DNA from: an uncultured bacterium
GTDB taxonomy: Bacteria > Patescibacteriota > JABMPQ01 > CAVVCK01
DNA length: 64,000 nt
Direction: 5' to 3'
Assembly: GCA_963746775.1 (NCBI GenBank)
Contig: CAVVCK010000002.1
Location: forward strand, 303,592-367,591
A model generated the notes under the pieces. That model did not search any database. It was not told the origin of the DNA and saw only the letters and a program-made list of their open reading frames with translations. A program made the translations under genes and the position numbers. Shown here piece by piece: positions 31,602 to 41,201 of the stretch (position 1 is its first letter; each line of letters opens with the position of its first letter).

Positions 31602-32012
31602 CTAAGTACAATCTGCCGTAGCACTATCACCACAACCATCTTGATCGCAAGTGAAATAATCACCACCTTCTAAATCTCCAGAAACACAGAAAGTCTGTTG
31701 ATCAGCACTATTATCAGTCCAAGCATAAGCAGCCGCTTGAGGATCAGCAGGAATTGAATCTAAATAAGTAGAAGTAGAACTAGCAATAGATGACCCTGTA
31801 GTGTAAGCACTAGTATCGGGATAAGCAGCATCATCATCATAAGACATTTCCATAGCTAAACCCATTTGTCTAACATCACTTTGTCTGGCTGCATCTCTAG
31901 CTTTTTGTCTAGCACTTCCCAAAGCTACTAATACTAAGGCAGCTAAGATACCAATAATAGCAATTACTACTAAAAGCTCAACTAAAGTAAAACCTTTTTG
32001 TTTCTTAATCAT
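31602..32012 (-). CDS. type IV major pilin-like protein
   Basis: G^FTLVELLVVIAIIGILA N-methylation motif, ARQKARDAAR, C-terminal Cys; start moved to ATG 32012 because the track's GTG is part of the GGAGGTGA RBS. Confidence 0.93.
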   Translation of the reverse strand: MIKKQKGFTLVELLVVIAIIGILAALVLVALGSARQKARDAARQSDVRQMGLAMEMSYDDDAAYPDTSAYTTGSSIASSTSTYLDSIPADPQAAAYAWTDNSADQQTFCVSGDLEGGDYFTCDQDGCGDSATADCT

Positions 32013-32240
32013 TTGTTTCACCTCCCTTCATATGTTTTTTATTTTAATCTTAAAATTTAGGAATAATCCTAAATTTTATCTGTTTTTCTTTTGTATTATT
32101 TATCAACAGTTAAGGATATTATAGCAGATTATATAAAAAATAACTAATAAATATCCACTTTGTCAGTCTTCGTTCTTTTGCCATCACATTTTTTCAATAT
32201 TTTTCTTTGCGAAATACTCCACCAATGAATATCTTCTTGC

Positions 32241-32855
32241 CTATTCTTTATCAGCGAATATCACTAACCGTTTAGGATAATTTTCGGAAATTTTATTAAA
32301 ATTTCCCGCGCAAGTAATGAGATTAAGGTGTGCTTTTCCGTCGCCTGAATTAAATACACTTGAGGTATTATCATTCTCATTATACATCCGAAATTCTCGC
32401 ACCACAAAAGTAGTAGTCACTCCTTTTTCATCTTCGACATATAAACTATCGCCCTGTCTCAACTTATTTAAATTATCGAACACTGACCCTTCTCCATTCT
32501 TCCAACGACCATAATGTCCAGCGATAACTGCGCTACCAATAGCTCCGGGACGCGGACCAAGCTTAAACCATGCTACATTGTTCGGCTTTTTCGGTACATC
32601 CATTGCTCCATTAGATACAACACCCACATACTCGACAGTAGCATCAACATTTATCCCTGGAATTTTGAGACGCACCGGCAACCCAGAATTTACTTCTTCC
32701 TGTTTTGGGAGAGCAACGCTATTCTCAATAAGCGATGCTGAACTGTTCTGGGTTAACCTTTTGGGAATAAAATATAAAAGAAGCACTAAAAAAAGTACAA
32801 ATCCTATAAGGACAACCACTAATAGTATTCGTTTAGATAAAATTTTCGATTTCAT
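32241..32855 (-). CDS. class F sortase
   Basis: PVRLKIP, VAWF..GPRPG..GSAVIAGH, LNLITC, R; start at MKSK since the longer track N-terminus overlaps a terminator. Confidence 0.92.
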   Translation of the reverse strand: MKSKILSKRILLVVVLIGFVLFLVLLLYFIPKRLTQNSSASLIENSVALPKQEEVNSGLPVRLKIPGINVDATVEYVGVVSNGAMDVPKKPNNVAWFKLGPRPGAIGSAVIAGHYGRWKNGEGSVFDNLNKLRQGDSLYVEDEKGVTTTFVVREFRMYNENDNTSSVFNSGDGKAHLNLITCAGNFNKISENYPKRLVIFADKE

Positions 32856-32880
32856 AAATTTTTCAATAGATTCATAACAC

Positions 32881-32906
32881 AAAAGCCCCGACTTGGCGGG
32901 GCCTTT
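32881..32906 (-). terminator. intrinsic terminator after ice-binding protein gene
   Basis: GCCCCG-acttgg-CGGGGC hairpin followed by T tract on minus strand. Confidence 0.65.
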
Positions 32907-32964
32907 AATATCTCTAGGCAAAGCACATTTCCAAGTACATTTATTAATCGTACAAGCGTCTAGG

Positions 32965-34245
32965 CTAAGTCCTACACTTTCTTAAAACTAAGACTATTGA
33001 GGTCGAAACAAACATAATTATACTAACTGGTATAACAATACCAAGCGGATTATTTCTCCCTTCAGGAGAAAGTCCCGTCTCGGGAAAATCAGGAGTAAGT
33101 GTACTGCTAGTATCAGTAGTAGTGCTAGTAGTATCAGTAGTAGTACCAGTAGTGTCGGTAGAGTCGGTAGTATCAGTAGTAGTGCTAGTAGTATCAGTAG
33201 TATCAGTAGTATCAGTAGTGTCAGTAGTGTCGGTAGTAGTATCAGATATATCAGTATTAGTAATTGTGCAAGTTTTATCATCACCAGTTGCAAGCGTTAC
33301 ATTACCACTCGAATCACAATCCCCGCTAATACTTTGTGTATAAGAAGCATTAGCATCTTCGCTTACTACATAGGTACCCGCATTCAACGAATAAGAAGTT
33401 CCGGGCGAAGCAACTCCATCTGCCGGACTTCCTGAAACATCAACACCAGAATGCTTTACATGCATATTGAAGTCAGAAGGAACTGCTGTACCACCATGAC
33501 TATTAACAACACGTTTAATAACATGAAGAGTAGCAGGAATTGGTGAAGCTGCACATGTCGCTACAGTAATATTATTAGTGTCTAAAGTGACTGCAGCATT
33601 TCGTGCTAACACACTACCTTCCACATTGGCACCAGTATTGAGTGTGATAGACGTCAAAGCAAGAATATTCCCCCTGAAAGTGGAATTCGTTCCGAGTGTC
33701 GCAGAACTACCAACTTGCCAAAAGACATGACAAGCCTGAGCACCATTTGCGAGAACCACGTTACTTCCACTCGCTGTGATAAGTGTAGAGGCAGTTTTAA
33801 AAATAAAGACTGCATCAGGATCGCCCTGAGCATCAAGCGTTAGGGTTCCTGTTATCCCAAAATCACCCGCAGCGGAGTTATAGGCACCGGCGGTTTTAGT
33901 TGTTCCACCGAGCTCCGTAGCTACAACAGTAGATGTTTGTCCCGCAGCATCATTATAAGCTGTGGTCAAATCATTTTTAGCCTGCACTGCTGTCGCGTCA
34001 GCTACATGCTGTGTTCCAACAAGTGTGCCTGGCGGGAAACCAGTAACCGCAGAGCCTGGGCTTAAACCCAAATCTCCAGTAACAATACTGGAACCAGTGT
34101 TGGTTACTGTAGAACCAGCCAGAACCGCAAAACTATCGGCTGTACCAAGATTTACCGTAGTCGCAGCTTTGATTATCCAAGCCAGACCAAACGTTATCGT
34201 AACAGCCAATACAGCTACTATTAAAGTTTTATTAAACCTTTTCAT
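32965..34245 (-). CDS. ice-binding-like (DUF3494) protein with Thr/Asp stalk and sortase signal
   Basis: LGTADSFAVLAGSTVTNTG, TLTLDAQGDPDAVFIF, VFWQVGSSATLG; prealbumin-like domain; FPETG + TM + basic tail. Confidence 0.93.
   Translation of the reverse strand: MKRFNKTLIVAVLAVTITFGLAWIIKAATTVNLGTADSFAVLAGSTVTNTGSSIVTGDLGLSPGSAVTGFPPGTLVGTQHVADATAVQAKNDLTTAYNDAAGQTSTVVATELGGTTKTAGAYNSAAGDFGITGTLTLDAQGDPDAVFIFKTASTLITASGSNVVLANGAQACHVFWQVGSSATLGTNSTFRGNILALTSITLNTGANVEGSVLARNAAVTLDTNNITVATCAASPIPATLHVIKRVVNSHGGTAVPSDFNMHVKHSGVDVSGSPADGVASPGTSYSLNAGTYVVSEDANASYTQSISGDCDSSGNVTLATGDDKTCTITNTDISDTTTDTTDTTDTTDTTDTTSTTTDTTDSTDTTGTTTDTTSTTTDTSSTLTPDFPETGLSPEGRNNPLGIVIPVSIIMFVSTSIVLVLRKCRT
33103..33243. 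repeat. low-complexity 9-bp-based repeats encoding TTD stalk
   Basis: (GTAGTRTCR)n. Confidence 0.85.
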
Positions 34246-34922
34246 ATATTTTATTTAATTACTTATAGTCAATTGGTTATGATCGACCAAATTAGAGAAG
34301 ATAAATATCATCTCTAATCCCAGTTAATTTTATTATAACACTTTTACTTCTACTATAGATGTGGATAACTTTATTGCCAGTATAGGAAAAAAATCTACGT
34401 CCACTGTTATTTTCTTGCGGTAGTTCTAAATTATTCTTATCGCAGTGCGTATTAGAAAAGATTCGAACCAATTTCGCTTAAAATTTAGAGTGAGCAGACC
34501 TTGGACCATTGATACCATTTTAAAACTAATTAATTAACAGGATATATCGGAAGCTAAAGATTTTCTCATAGCCAAAAGGGAAATAAACAATTTATCTAAT
34601 AATATTTAATTGACAGCAAATTATTACAATCGCTTCTTAGATATTCTAATAATTGATAGCGAGTACATAAAAAAGATTATAATTAAAAATACCGCTTATC
34701 TACGGTATTGATTATCTAAAACATGATTTTCCTCTAGGCATATTATCTCACTCAAAAAAAGATTTAAATCATTCAAAAACGCTGAAATATTTTTAAACAC
34801 TTATCTAAATACCCCTTAAATTTAACGCTTAAAAAAACAGGCCAATATACCTGAAATTCTTTCTAAATACCAACCCAAAAACAAAACAGTAATAACAATC
34901 TTTTTGTAGTATTTTCTCTAAT

Positions 34923-35012
34923 TGGCGGAAGGGGTGGGATTCGAACCCACGGTACCCGTGAGGGTACAGCAGTTTTCAAGACTGCCCTATTCGGCCACTC
35001 TAGCACCCTTCC
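34923..35012 (-). tRNA. tRNA-Ser(UGA), CCA encoded
   Basis: GGAAGGG...GCAGT-CT-TGA-AA-ACTGC, long variable arm, GTTCGAATC, CCCTTCCGCCA. Confidence 0.97.
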
Positions 35013-35017
35013 AAAAT

Positions 35018-35255
35018 TTAGTTAAAATATTTTTTCATAAAAGCTCGTCCAGAACCAGATTTTAAATATTTATCAAAATTATATGCTATGTATTTATTCT
35101 GAAATAAAAAATAACAATTGAGTTTTAATGGTCTCTTATTTATCGTAGCAGGAACAAAACCTTCATTGTGTCTTTCTACTCTATTTTTTTAGATTGGCTG
35201 TACAACCCGTATATGGTTTACCATCCCTACAATCTAATATATAAACATACCACAT
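35018..35255 (-). pseudogene. GIY-YIG nuclease with +1 frameshift in an A7 run
   Basis: MWYVYILDCRDGKPYTGCTANLK / NRVERHNEG..RPLKL..KYLKSGSGRAF; 238 nt = 3n+1. Confidence 0.85.
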
Positions 35256-35280
35256 AAAAGTTTTCTATTTGATAAAACGG

Positions 35281-35381
35281 GCTTGTCTGTCGTAGTCCGC
35301 AGTTTATTAATATAATTTGATTATAAACTAATAGCTAGACTATTCTAACAATTCGCCTTCGCTTAAGCTACGGCGGACGAA
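35281..35381. repeat. REP-like palindromic pair between tRNA-Ser(GCU) and GIY-YIG gene
   Basis: TTCGCCTTCGCTTAAGCTACGGCGGA; GTCTGTCGTAG is a decayed complement of CTACGGCGGAC. Confidence 0.6.
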
Positions 35382-35383
35382 GA

Positions 35384-35470
35384 CGGAGAGAGAGGGATTC
35401 GAACCCTCGGGCCCCTTGCGGAGCCAACAACTTAGCAGGTTGCTGCTTTCAGCCACTCAGCCATCTCTCC
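35384..35470 (-). tRNA. tRNA-Ser(GCU), CCA not encoded
   Basis: GGAGAGA...GCAAC-CT-GCT-AA-GTTGT, long variable arm, GTTCGAATC. Confidence 0.97.
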
Positions 35471-35837
35471 ATAGAATTATAAAAACAATATAACACAAGA
35501 ACAAAAAAACAAGTACTAGATTTCCTTCTACACTTGTCCTTATTCTATTCAAAAATTAACAATAAAGCAATAATATTTGTTTTAAAATTAGTAAACCCTG
35601 TTAAAATATAGCATATTAAGATAATTTAAATTATTTTTTATTTATTTGTATAATTAGTATAAATTCGCATATTAGCATTATATAAATTAAATTAGGAAAA
35701 CATAAACACTACAGAGGGAAAGAATAGAAATAAATGGGAAAATGGTTCCTCATTTTAAACTTATTAACAATTAAGTTTCCTAAAAAGTCAAAAATCTGTT
35801 ATTATGAATTTGAAATTATTTTATATAACCTAAAAAT

Positions 35838-36383
35838 ATGCCAGAAAAATCATATCTTACCGATAATCCTCCTAAAAATTTTAATGAGAATGAAAAATAT
35901 ATTGAAATTAAACCGGAAGAAGTGTTAATGCAGTGGAAAGCCCTTGAATTTAAACAATACGATCGCCCCAAAAGTTGGTACATTTCACTTCTGTTAATTG
36001 CCGGAGGATTAATTATCTACTCTTTACTGACAGCCAACTATTTATTAATAATAATCACTATAATACTAGCAGTAATTATAAATTCTCTAACTAGAAAAAA
36101 TCCTGAAACTCTAGATATAGCTATAACCAGTAAGGGTATTAAAGTTAATGAAAAACTTTATACATTTACTGAGGATTTAGAATCTTTCTGGATACTATAT
36201 GATCCACCAGAATTAAAAACTCTAAATTTTAAAAGACAACAAAGGTTTATACCTGAATTATCTATTCAATTAGAAAAACAAAATCCCCTAAAAATTAGAG
36301 AATTTTTATTAGAATATTTAGAAGAAGAAATAGAGAGAGAAGAACATATGGCTGATCAAATTTCTCGAAAATTAGGGTTCTAG
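35838..36383 (+). CDS. conserved hypothetical membrane protein (2 TM + soluble domain)
   Basis: WKALEF..RPKSWY, two TMs, ITSKGIKVN, SFWI, ISRKLGF. Confidence 0.75.
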   Translation: MPEKSYLTDNPPKNFNENEKYIEIKPEEVLMQWKALEFKQYDRPKSWYISLLLIAGGLIIYSLLTANYLLIIITIILAVIINSLTRKNPETLDIAITSKGIKVNEKLYTFTEDLESFWILYDPPELKTLNFKRQQRFIPELSIQLEKQNPLKIREFLLEYLEEEIEREEHMADQISRKLGF

Positions 36384-36481
36384 TCTAAAAAGACTTTTAA
36401 TATATTTTTATTCTGTCTATAATTCAACCATATAATTTGGTTGAATTTTGGTTATTTCGTTTTTATATTATTTTAATTCAA

Positions 36482-36553
36482 GCCCTCGTCGTTCAATGGA
36501 TAGGACGCAAGATTGCGGTTCTTGCAATACAGGTTCGACTCCTGTCGAGGGCA
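36482..36553 (+). tRNA. tRNA-Arg(GCG), CCA not encoded
   Basis: GCCCTCG acceptor stem, CAAGA-TT-GCG-GT-TCTTG anticodon arm, GTTCGACTC. Confidence 0.95.
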
Positions 36554-36573
36554 TTTGTAAGACTTTATATCTC

Positions 36574-36650
36574 AAGGCTCAACCCTTAAGTTAAAGGATG
36601 GTTGAGTCTTTTATGTAAATACAAAGACGTGACTCATATATCACGTCTTT
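36574..36650 (+). repeat. two hairpins after tRNA-Arg (terminator/REP-like)
   Basis: AAGGCTCAACC...GGTTGAGTCTT and AAAGACGTGA-N8-TCACGTCTTT. Confidence 0.65.
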
Positions 36651-36790
36651 TTCTGACTTTCCATATTAGTGCAACAAAATTAATTTATTTAGATATTTAT
36701 GATTGAGCATCTATCTAATATCATATATTCAATTACTTTCTTTTTGCCCAAAATGAATAAAATTGATATATTTAAATAAAATATAAATAA

Positions 36791-38893
36791 ATGATTACTT
36801 TAAATACTCCTCTCACTCAATTCCGCAAACTGGATAAAAAGAAAATAAGCGCTCTTGAGCGCTTAGGTTTAGATACACTTCGAGACCTCTTTTTTTATTT
36901 TCCCCAAAAATATGACGATTTCTCCATTATTTCTAAAATCTCCCAAATAACACTTGGTCAAAATTATACTATAAAAGGCAAAATTATTTCTATTAATAAT
37001 ATTCGCACTCCTCGAAAGAGAATGATTATTACAGAAGCTATTATTTCAGACGAAACGGGTTCTGCTAAAGTTATCTGGTTTAATCAGCCTTATTTAGAAA
37101 ATACCTTCCCGCCTGGAATAGAAGTTATTTTAAATGGCAAGGTGGAGAGAAAATATAATGGTCTGCAAATTACTTCACCAGTTTATGAACGATATAAAGA
37201 AAATAGTCTTCATGCTGGCCGTATTGTCCCGGAATATTCTGAGACTTACAATATCACTTCTAAATGGTTAAGATTTTTTATTAATCCCCTCCTAAAACAT
37301 ATAAATTTAATAAAAGATTTTCTGCCCCCAGGTATTCAAAAATCTCAAAATTTAATTGAATTACAAGAAGCTATAAAGCAAATCCATTTCCCAGTTAATA
37401 AAGAAAAATTAAAAGAAGCCCAAAAGAGATTATCATTTGATGAATTATTTTTAATTCAATTAGATGCACAGATTAAAAAACATAATTGGCAACAAAACAA
37501 ATCAAAGTCATTTAAATTTGATCAAAAACTAATAAAACAATTTGTTAATAATCTCCCTTTTATACTAACTAATGATCAGAAAAAAACTTCTTGGGATATT
37601 TTAAAAGATTTAGGAAAAAATAAACCTATGGGAAGATTACTCGAAGGAGATGTTGGCTCAGGTAAAACAGTAGTCGCTGCCATCGCCGCTCTTCAGGTTG
37701 CCAATTTAGGATCACAAGTAGCCATAATGGCACCAACTGAAATACTAGCCCGTCAACATTATGAAAGTTTTCAAGAATTATTTAAAAACACTAAAATTAA
37801 AATCGGCCTCCTAACAAGATTAGATAATCTCCTTGAATCTAGATTCAAGATTCTAGATTCTAAGACTAAAAATAAGCGCCAAAAATTCTTAAGCTTAATT
37901 AAACAAGGAAAAATAGATATAATAATTGGTACTCACGCTCTAATCCAGAAAGATATAAAATTTAAAAATTTAGGTTTAGTTATTGTAGATGAACAACACA
38001 GGTTTGGTGTTAGCCAGCGAGCAGAACTTAAGAAAGTAAACCAATCCAAATTCACTCCGCATTTACTCTCTATGACCGCCACCCCTATTCCTCGCACTCT
38101 ATCCTTAGCAATTTATGGTGATCTCGATATTTCTCTAATCAAAGAAAAACCAAAAGGTCGCAAAGAAATATTAACTAAAATAGTAGCCCCGGAAAATCGA
38201 CAAAAAGCTTATGCTTTTATAGAAAAAAAGGTAAAAGAAGGCAGACAGGTATTTGTTATTTGCCCCCGCATTGAAATAGAAGAAAAAAAAGGCTCAACTT
38301 GGGATGATGTTAAAGCGGTCAAAGAAGAGTATAAAAAGCTTGATAAAAATATTTTTCCTAATTTAAAAATAGGTTTACTTCATGGCAAATTAAAAAAAGA
38401 GGAAAAAGAAAAAGTAATGTCTGATTTTGCTGCTAATAAAATTAATATATTAGTTTCAACCTCAGTAGTCGAAGTGGGTGTCGATATTCCCAATGCAACA
38501 ATAATAATGATTGAAGATGCCGAGAAATTTGGTCTAGCTCAACTTCATCAGTTTCGAGGACGTGTTGGTCGAGGAGAACATCAATCATTTTGCTTTTTAT
38601 TTTCCGAATCACCTAGTTTTCCTAGTCTACAAAGATTAAGAGCTCTAACTAAAACTAATGATGGTTTTGAATTAGCGGAAATGGATTTAAAGTTACGTGG
38701 TCCCGGCGAAGTATATGGTCAAAAACAATCAGGTCTACCAGATTTAAAAATGGCCTCCTTAACAGATTATGAAAGTCTAAAATTAGCAAAATTAGAAGCT
38801 CAGAAATTATTAAAATCAGATCCTGATTTAGGAAATTATCCCCAATTAAAAAATGAACTGGTCAAATTTAAAAATACAGTTCATTTGGAATAA
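36791..38893 (+). CDS. recG: ATP-dependent DNA helicase RecG
   Basis: GDVGSGKT, DEQHRFG, MTATPIPR, QFRGRVGR, wedge domain. Confidence 0.99.
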   Translation: MITLNTPLTQFRKLDKKKISALERLGLDTLRDLFFYFPQKYDDFSIISKISQITLGQNYTIKGKIISINNIRTPRKRMIITEAIISDETGSAKVIWFNQPYLENTFPPGIEVILNGKVERKYNGLQITSPVYERYKENSLHAGRIVPEYSETYNITSKWLRFFINPLLKHINLIKDFLPPGIQKSQNLIELQEAIKQIHFPVNKEKLKEAQKRLSFDELFLIQLDAQIKKHNWQQNKSKSFKFDQKLIKQFVNNLPFILTNDQKKTSWDILKDLGKNKPMGRLLEGDVGSGKTVVAAIAALQVANLGSQVAIMAPTEILARQHYESFQELFKNTKIKIGLLTRLDNLLESRFKILDSKTKNKRQKFLSLIKQGKIDIIIGTHALIQKDIKFKNLGLVIVDEQHRFGVSQRAELKKVNQSKFTPHLLSMTATPIPRTLSLAIYGDLDISLIKEKPKGRKEILTKIVAPENRQKAYAFIEKKVKEGRQVFVICPRIEIEEKKGSTWDDVKAVKEEYKKLDKNIFPNLKIGLLHGKLKKEEKEKVMSDFAANKINILVSTSVVEVGVDIPNATIIMIEDAEKFGLAQLHQFRGRVGRGEHQSFCFLFSESPSFPSLQRLRALTKTNDGFELAEMDLKLRGPGEVYGQKQSGLPDLKMASLTDYESLKLAKLEAQKLLKSDPDLGNYPQLKNELVKFKNTVHLE

Positions 38894-38900
38894 ATAATAT

Positions 38901-39075
38901 TCCTTCTCCCCTCAGCTGAAGGGAGATATCTCCCACTTTTTAATAAAAGTGTGGAGACAGAGGAGTGTTAAGCGTGACTAGTAGTAAAAACAAAATCATT
39001 TCAGTCTAACCACCTTCAACACCACCCCGCTCCGATGTACATCGGAGCTTCCCTCCTCAATTGAGGAGGGAAGGA
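38901..39075. repeat. compound multi-hairpin palindromic element
   Basis: TCTCCC..GGGAGA; GCTCCGATGTACATCGGAGC; TTCCCTCCTCAATTGAGGAGGGAA. Confidence 0.8.
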
Positions 39076-39079
39076 TTTT

Positions 39080-39640
39080 CTATTTTTTCGACACAAACTT
39101 ATTTCCTTTAATATAAAATCTCCACAAATAATCTTTGCAGCTACCTGCATAATCAACTCCGATTCTCTTTGCTTTTACAATATTCTTTTTTGAAACTTTT
39201 AAACCCCTATCTTCTATCCATATTTTATTGCCTAATAAATCTTCTCCGTTCAATCTTTTATCAATTTTAAATTCTCTGCATAATTTTCCAGGTCCATTTG
39301 TAGGGGCAGGACATGTCCTGCCCCTACAAATGGATTCAACTGCTCTTATTAATACTGCTGCTGGATATTTTTCTTTTTCAGTCACAATGTTTAGGCAATG
39401 ATATATGCCATAAATCATATAAATATAAACATAGCCTGGTTTGCCAAACATTACTTTATTTCTCTCCGTCATACCTTTTGAAGCATGAGAAGCCTTATCC
39501 TTAAATCCACAGTAGCTTTCCGTCTCTACAATTTTACCAACATATTTCTTACCTCTATATTTCCTAATTAAAAATTTGCCCAGTAAATCTTGAGCAACTT
39601 TTATTGTTTTTTGGTTGTAGAATTTTCTAGATAATTTCAT
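39080..39640 (-). CDS. mpg: DNA-3-methyladenine glycosylase (MPG/AAG family)
   Basis: IVETESY, DKASHA, YIYMIYGIYHCLNIV, AVLIRA, NGPGKL, RIGV; ATG 39640 preferred. Confidence 0.95.
   Translation of the reverse strand: MKLSRKFYNQKTIKVAQDLLGKFLIRKYRGKKYVGKIVETESYCGFKDKASHASKGMTERNKVMFGKPGYVYIYMIYGIYHCLNIVTEKEKYPAAVLIRAVESICRGRTCPAPTNGPGKLCREFKIDKRLNGEDLLGNKIWIEDRGLKVSKKNIVKAKRIGVDYAGSCKDYLWRFYIKGNKFVSKK
39293..39334. repeat. 42-bp perfect GTAG-type REP palindrome inside mpg
   Basis: TCCATTTGTAGGGGCAGGACATGTCCTGCCCCTACAAATGGA. Confidence 0.92.
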
Positions 39641-39643
39641 AGT

Positions 39644-39693
39644 AATAATATTAAAAATTGACATCCTTATGGATGTCAATTTTTAATATTATT
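39644..39693. repeat. inverted repeat, 23-bp perfect arms
   Basis: AATAATATTAAAAATTGACATCC-ttat-GGATGTCAATTTTTAATATTATT. Confidence 0.9.
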
Positions 39694-41044
39694 TTATTAA
39701 CGCCCTATCTATCGCCTCCTTCACAGTTCCAACTTTTATAACTGCGCCCTTATTACTTTTTACATCAATATCTGGCACTAAAACAGATTTAAATCCTAAA
39801 TTAAAAGCCTCCCCTATTCTTTTCTCGATTTGAGAAACTGTTCGCACCTCTCCAGTCAAACCTACTTCACCTATAGCAACTATTCCAGGATCGACTATTT
39901 TATTAAAATAAACAGAAGCTAGAGCCAGCGAGCAGGCTAAATCTGCTCCAGGTTCTTTTATTTTCATACCACCAGCCGCATTAATATAAATATCTTGGTT
40001 ATCTAATTTTAAATTAGCCCGCTTAGATAAAACTGCAGCTAATAATTGTAAACGATTTAGATCAAAACCAGAAACAGTTCTCTTGGGATAACCAAAACTA
40101 GTGAATGATGTTAGGGCCTGTATCTCTATTAGAAATGTTCTACTACCTTCTAACAAAGCGGCCACGCATGTACCTGGTACTTCTAATTTTCTCTCTTTTA
40201 AAAATAGTTCGGAAGGATTTTTTATTTCAGAGAACCCATTTGCTTTCATTTCAAATATGCCAATTTCTGTAGTCGGACCAAACCTATTTTTAGTTGCTCG
40301 CAATATTCTAAAATTATGGAATCTATCCCCTTCAAAATACAATACAGTATCTACCAAGTGTTCTAGTGTTTTTGGTCCTGCCACTTCCCCTCCCTTAGTT
40401 ACATGACCAATTAATATTACTGGAATATTACTCTCCTTGGCGCATCTAATCAATCTATTAGCTGATTCACGAACCTGGACAACACTGCCAGCCGCGCTAT
40501 CAAAATCATTAGAATAAACAGTCTGAATAGAATCTAGGATAATTAATCCAGGGTTAATATCATTGATTGTTGCAATAATATTATCAATGTTAGTTTCTGA
40601 TAAAAATTGTAAGCCCAATGACTTAGTACCTAGGCGATCAGCGCGCATTTTTACTTGAGTCGCTGATTCTTCACCTGAAATATATAAAGAATTATTTTTA
40701 GAAATTTCCGATATTTTATCACTTATCTGCAAAGCCAGAGTTGATTTACCTATACCAGGATCACCGCCTAATAATATTACCGCTCCACTAATAATTCCAC
40801 CGCCTATCACTCTGTCAAATTCACCTATTCCCGATTCTGTTTTACTAAATTTTTTTGCTTTAATACTACTTATGTTTTGAGGCTCTACAACCCTTCCTTC
40901 CGTTTTTATTCTTGCATCTTCATTACCAGCCTTAATTTCTTCAATAACACTATTCCATTCTCCACATCTTTCACATTTACCCATCCATCTTAAATATTCC
41001 GCCCCACATTTCTGACAGATATAAATTTTATTTATTTTAGACAT
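39689..41044 (-). CDS. radA: DNA repair protein RadA/Sms
   Basis: N-terminal C4 zinc finger, GGDPGIGKST, KNRFG, Lon-like C-terminus. Confidence 0.99.
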   Translation of the reverse strand: MSKINKIYICQKCGAEYLRWMGKCERCGEWNSVIEEIKAGNEDARIKTEGRVVEPQNISSIKAKKFSKTESGIGEFDRVIGGGIISGAVILLGGDPGIGKSTLALQISDKISEISKNNSLYISGEESATQVKMRADRLGTKSLGLQFLSETNIDNIIATINDINPGLIILDSIQTVYSNDFDSAAGSVVQVRESANRLIRCAKESNIPVILIGHVTKGGEVAGPKTLEHLVDTVLYFEGDRFHNFRILRATKNRFGPTTEIGIFEMKANGFSEIKNPSELFLKERKLEVPGTCVAALLEGSRTFLIEIQALTSFTSFGYPKRTVSGFDLNRLQLLAAVLSKRANLKLDNQDIYINAAGGMKIKEPGADLACSLALASVYFNKIVDPGIVAIGEVGLTGEVRTVSQIEKRIGEAFNLGFKSVLVPDIDVKSNKGAVIKVGTVKEAIDRALIK

Positions 41045-41201
41045 ATTGTTAATTCTATTGCGTTATATTAGTATAGCTTCAGATAAATAAGTTGTAAACG
41101 CTAGAAGTAAATTTGTCATAAGCATTAAAATCGTTCGTCTTCAAAGATTTCAACTTTTGTGCTATCTTCTATTTATAATATTATTCTAAATTCCAATAAA
41201 A

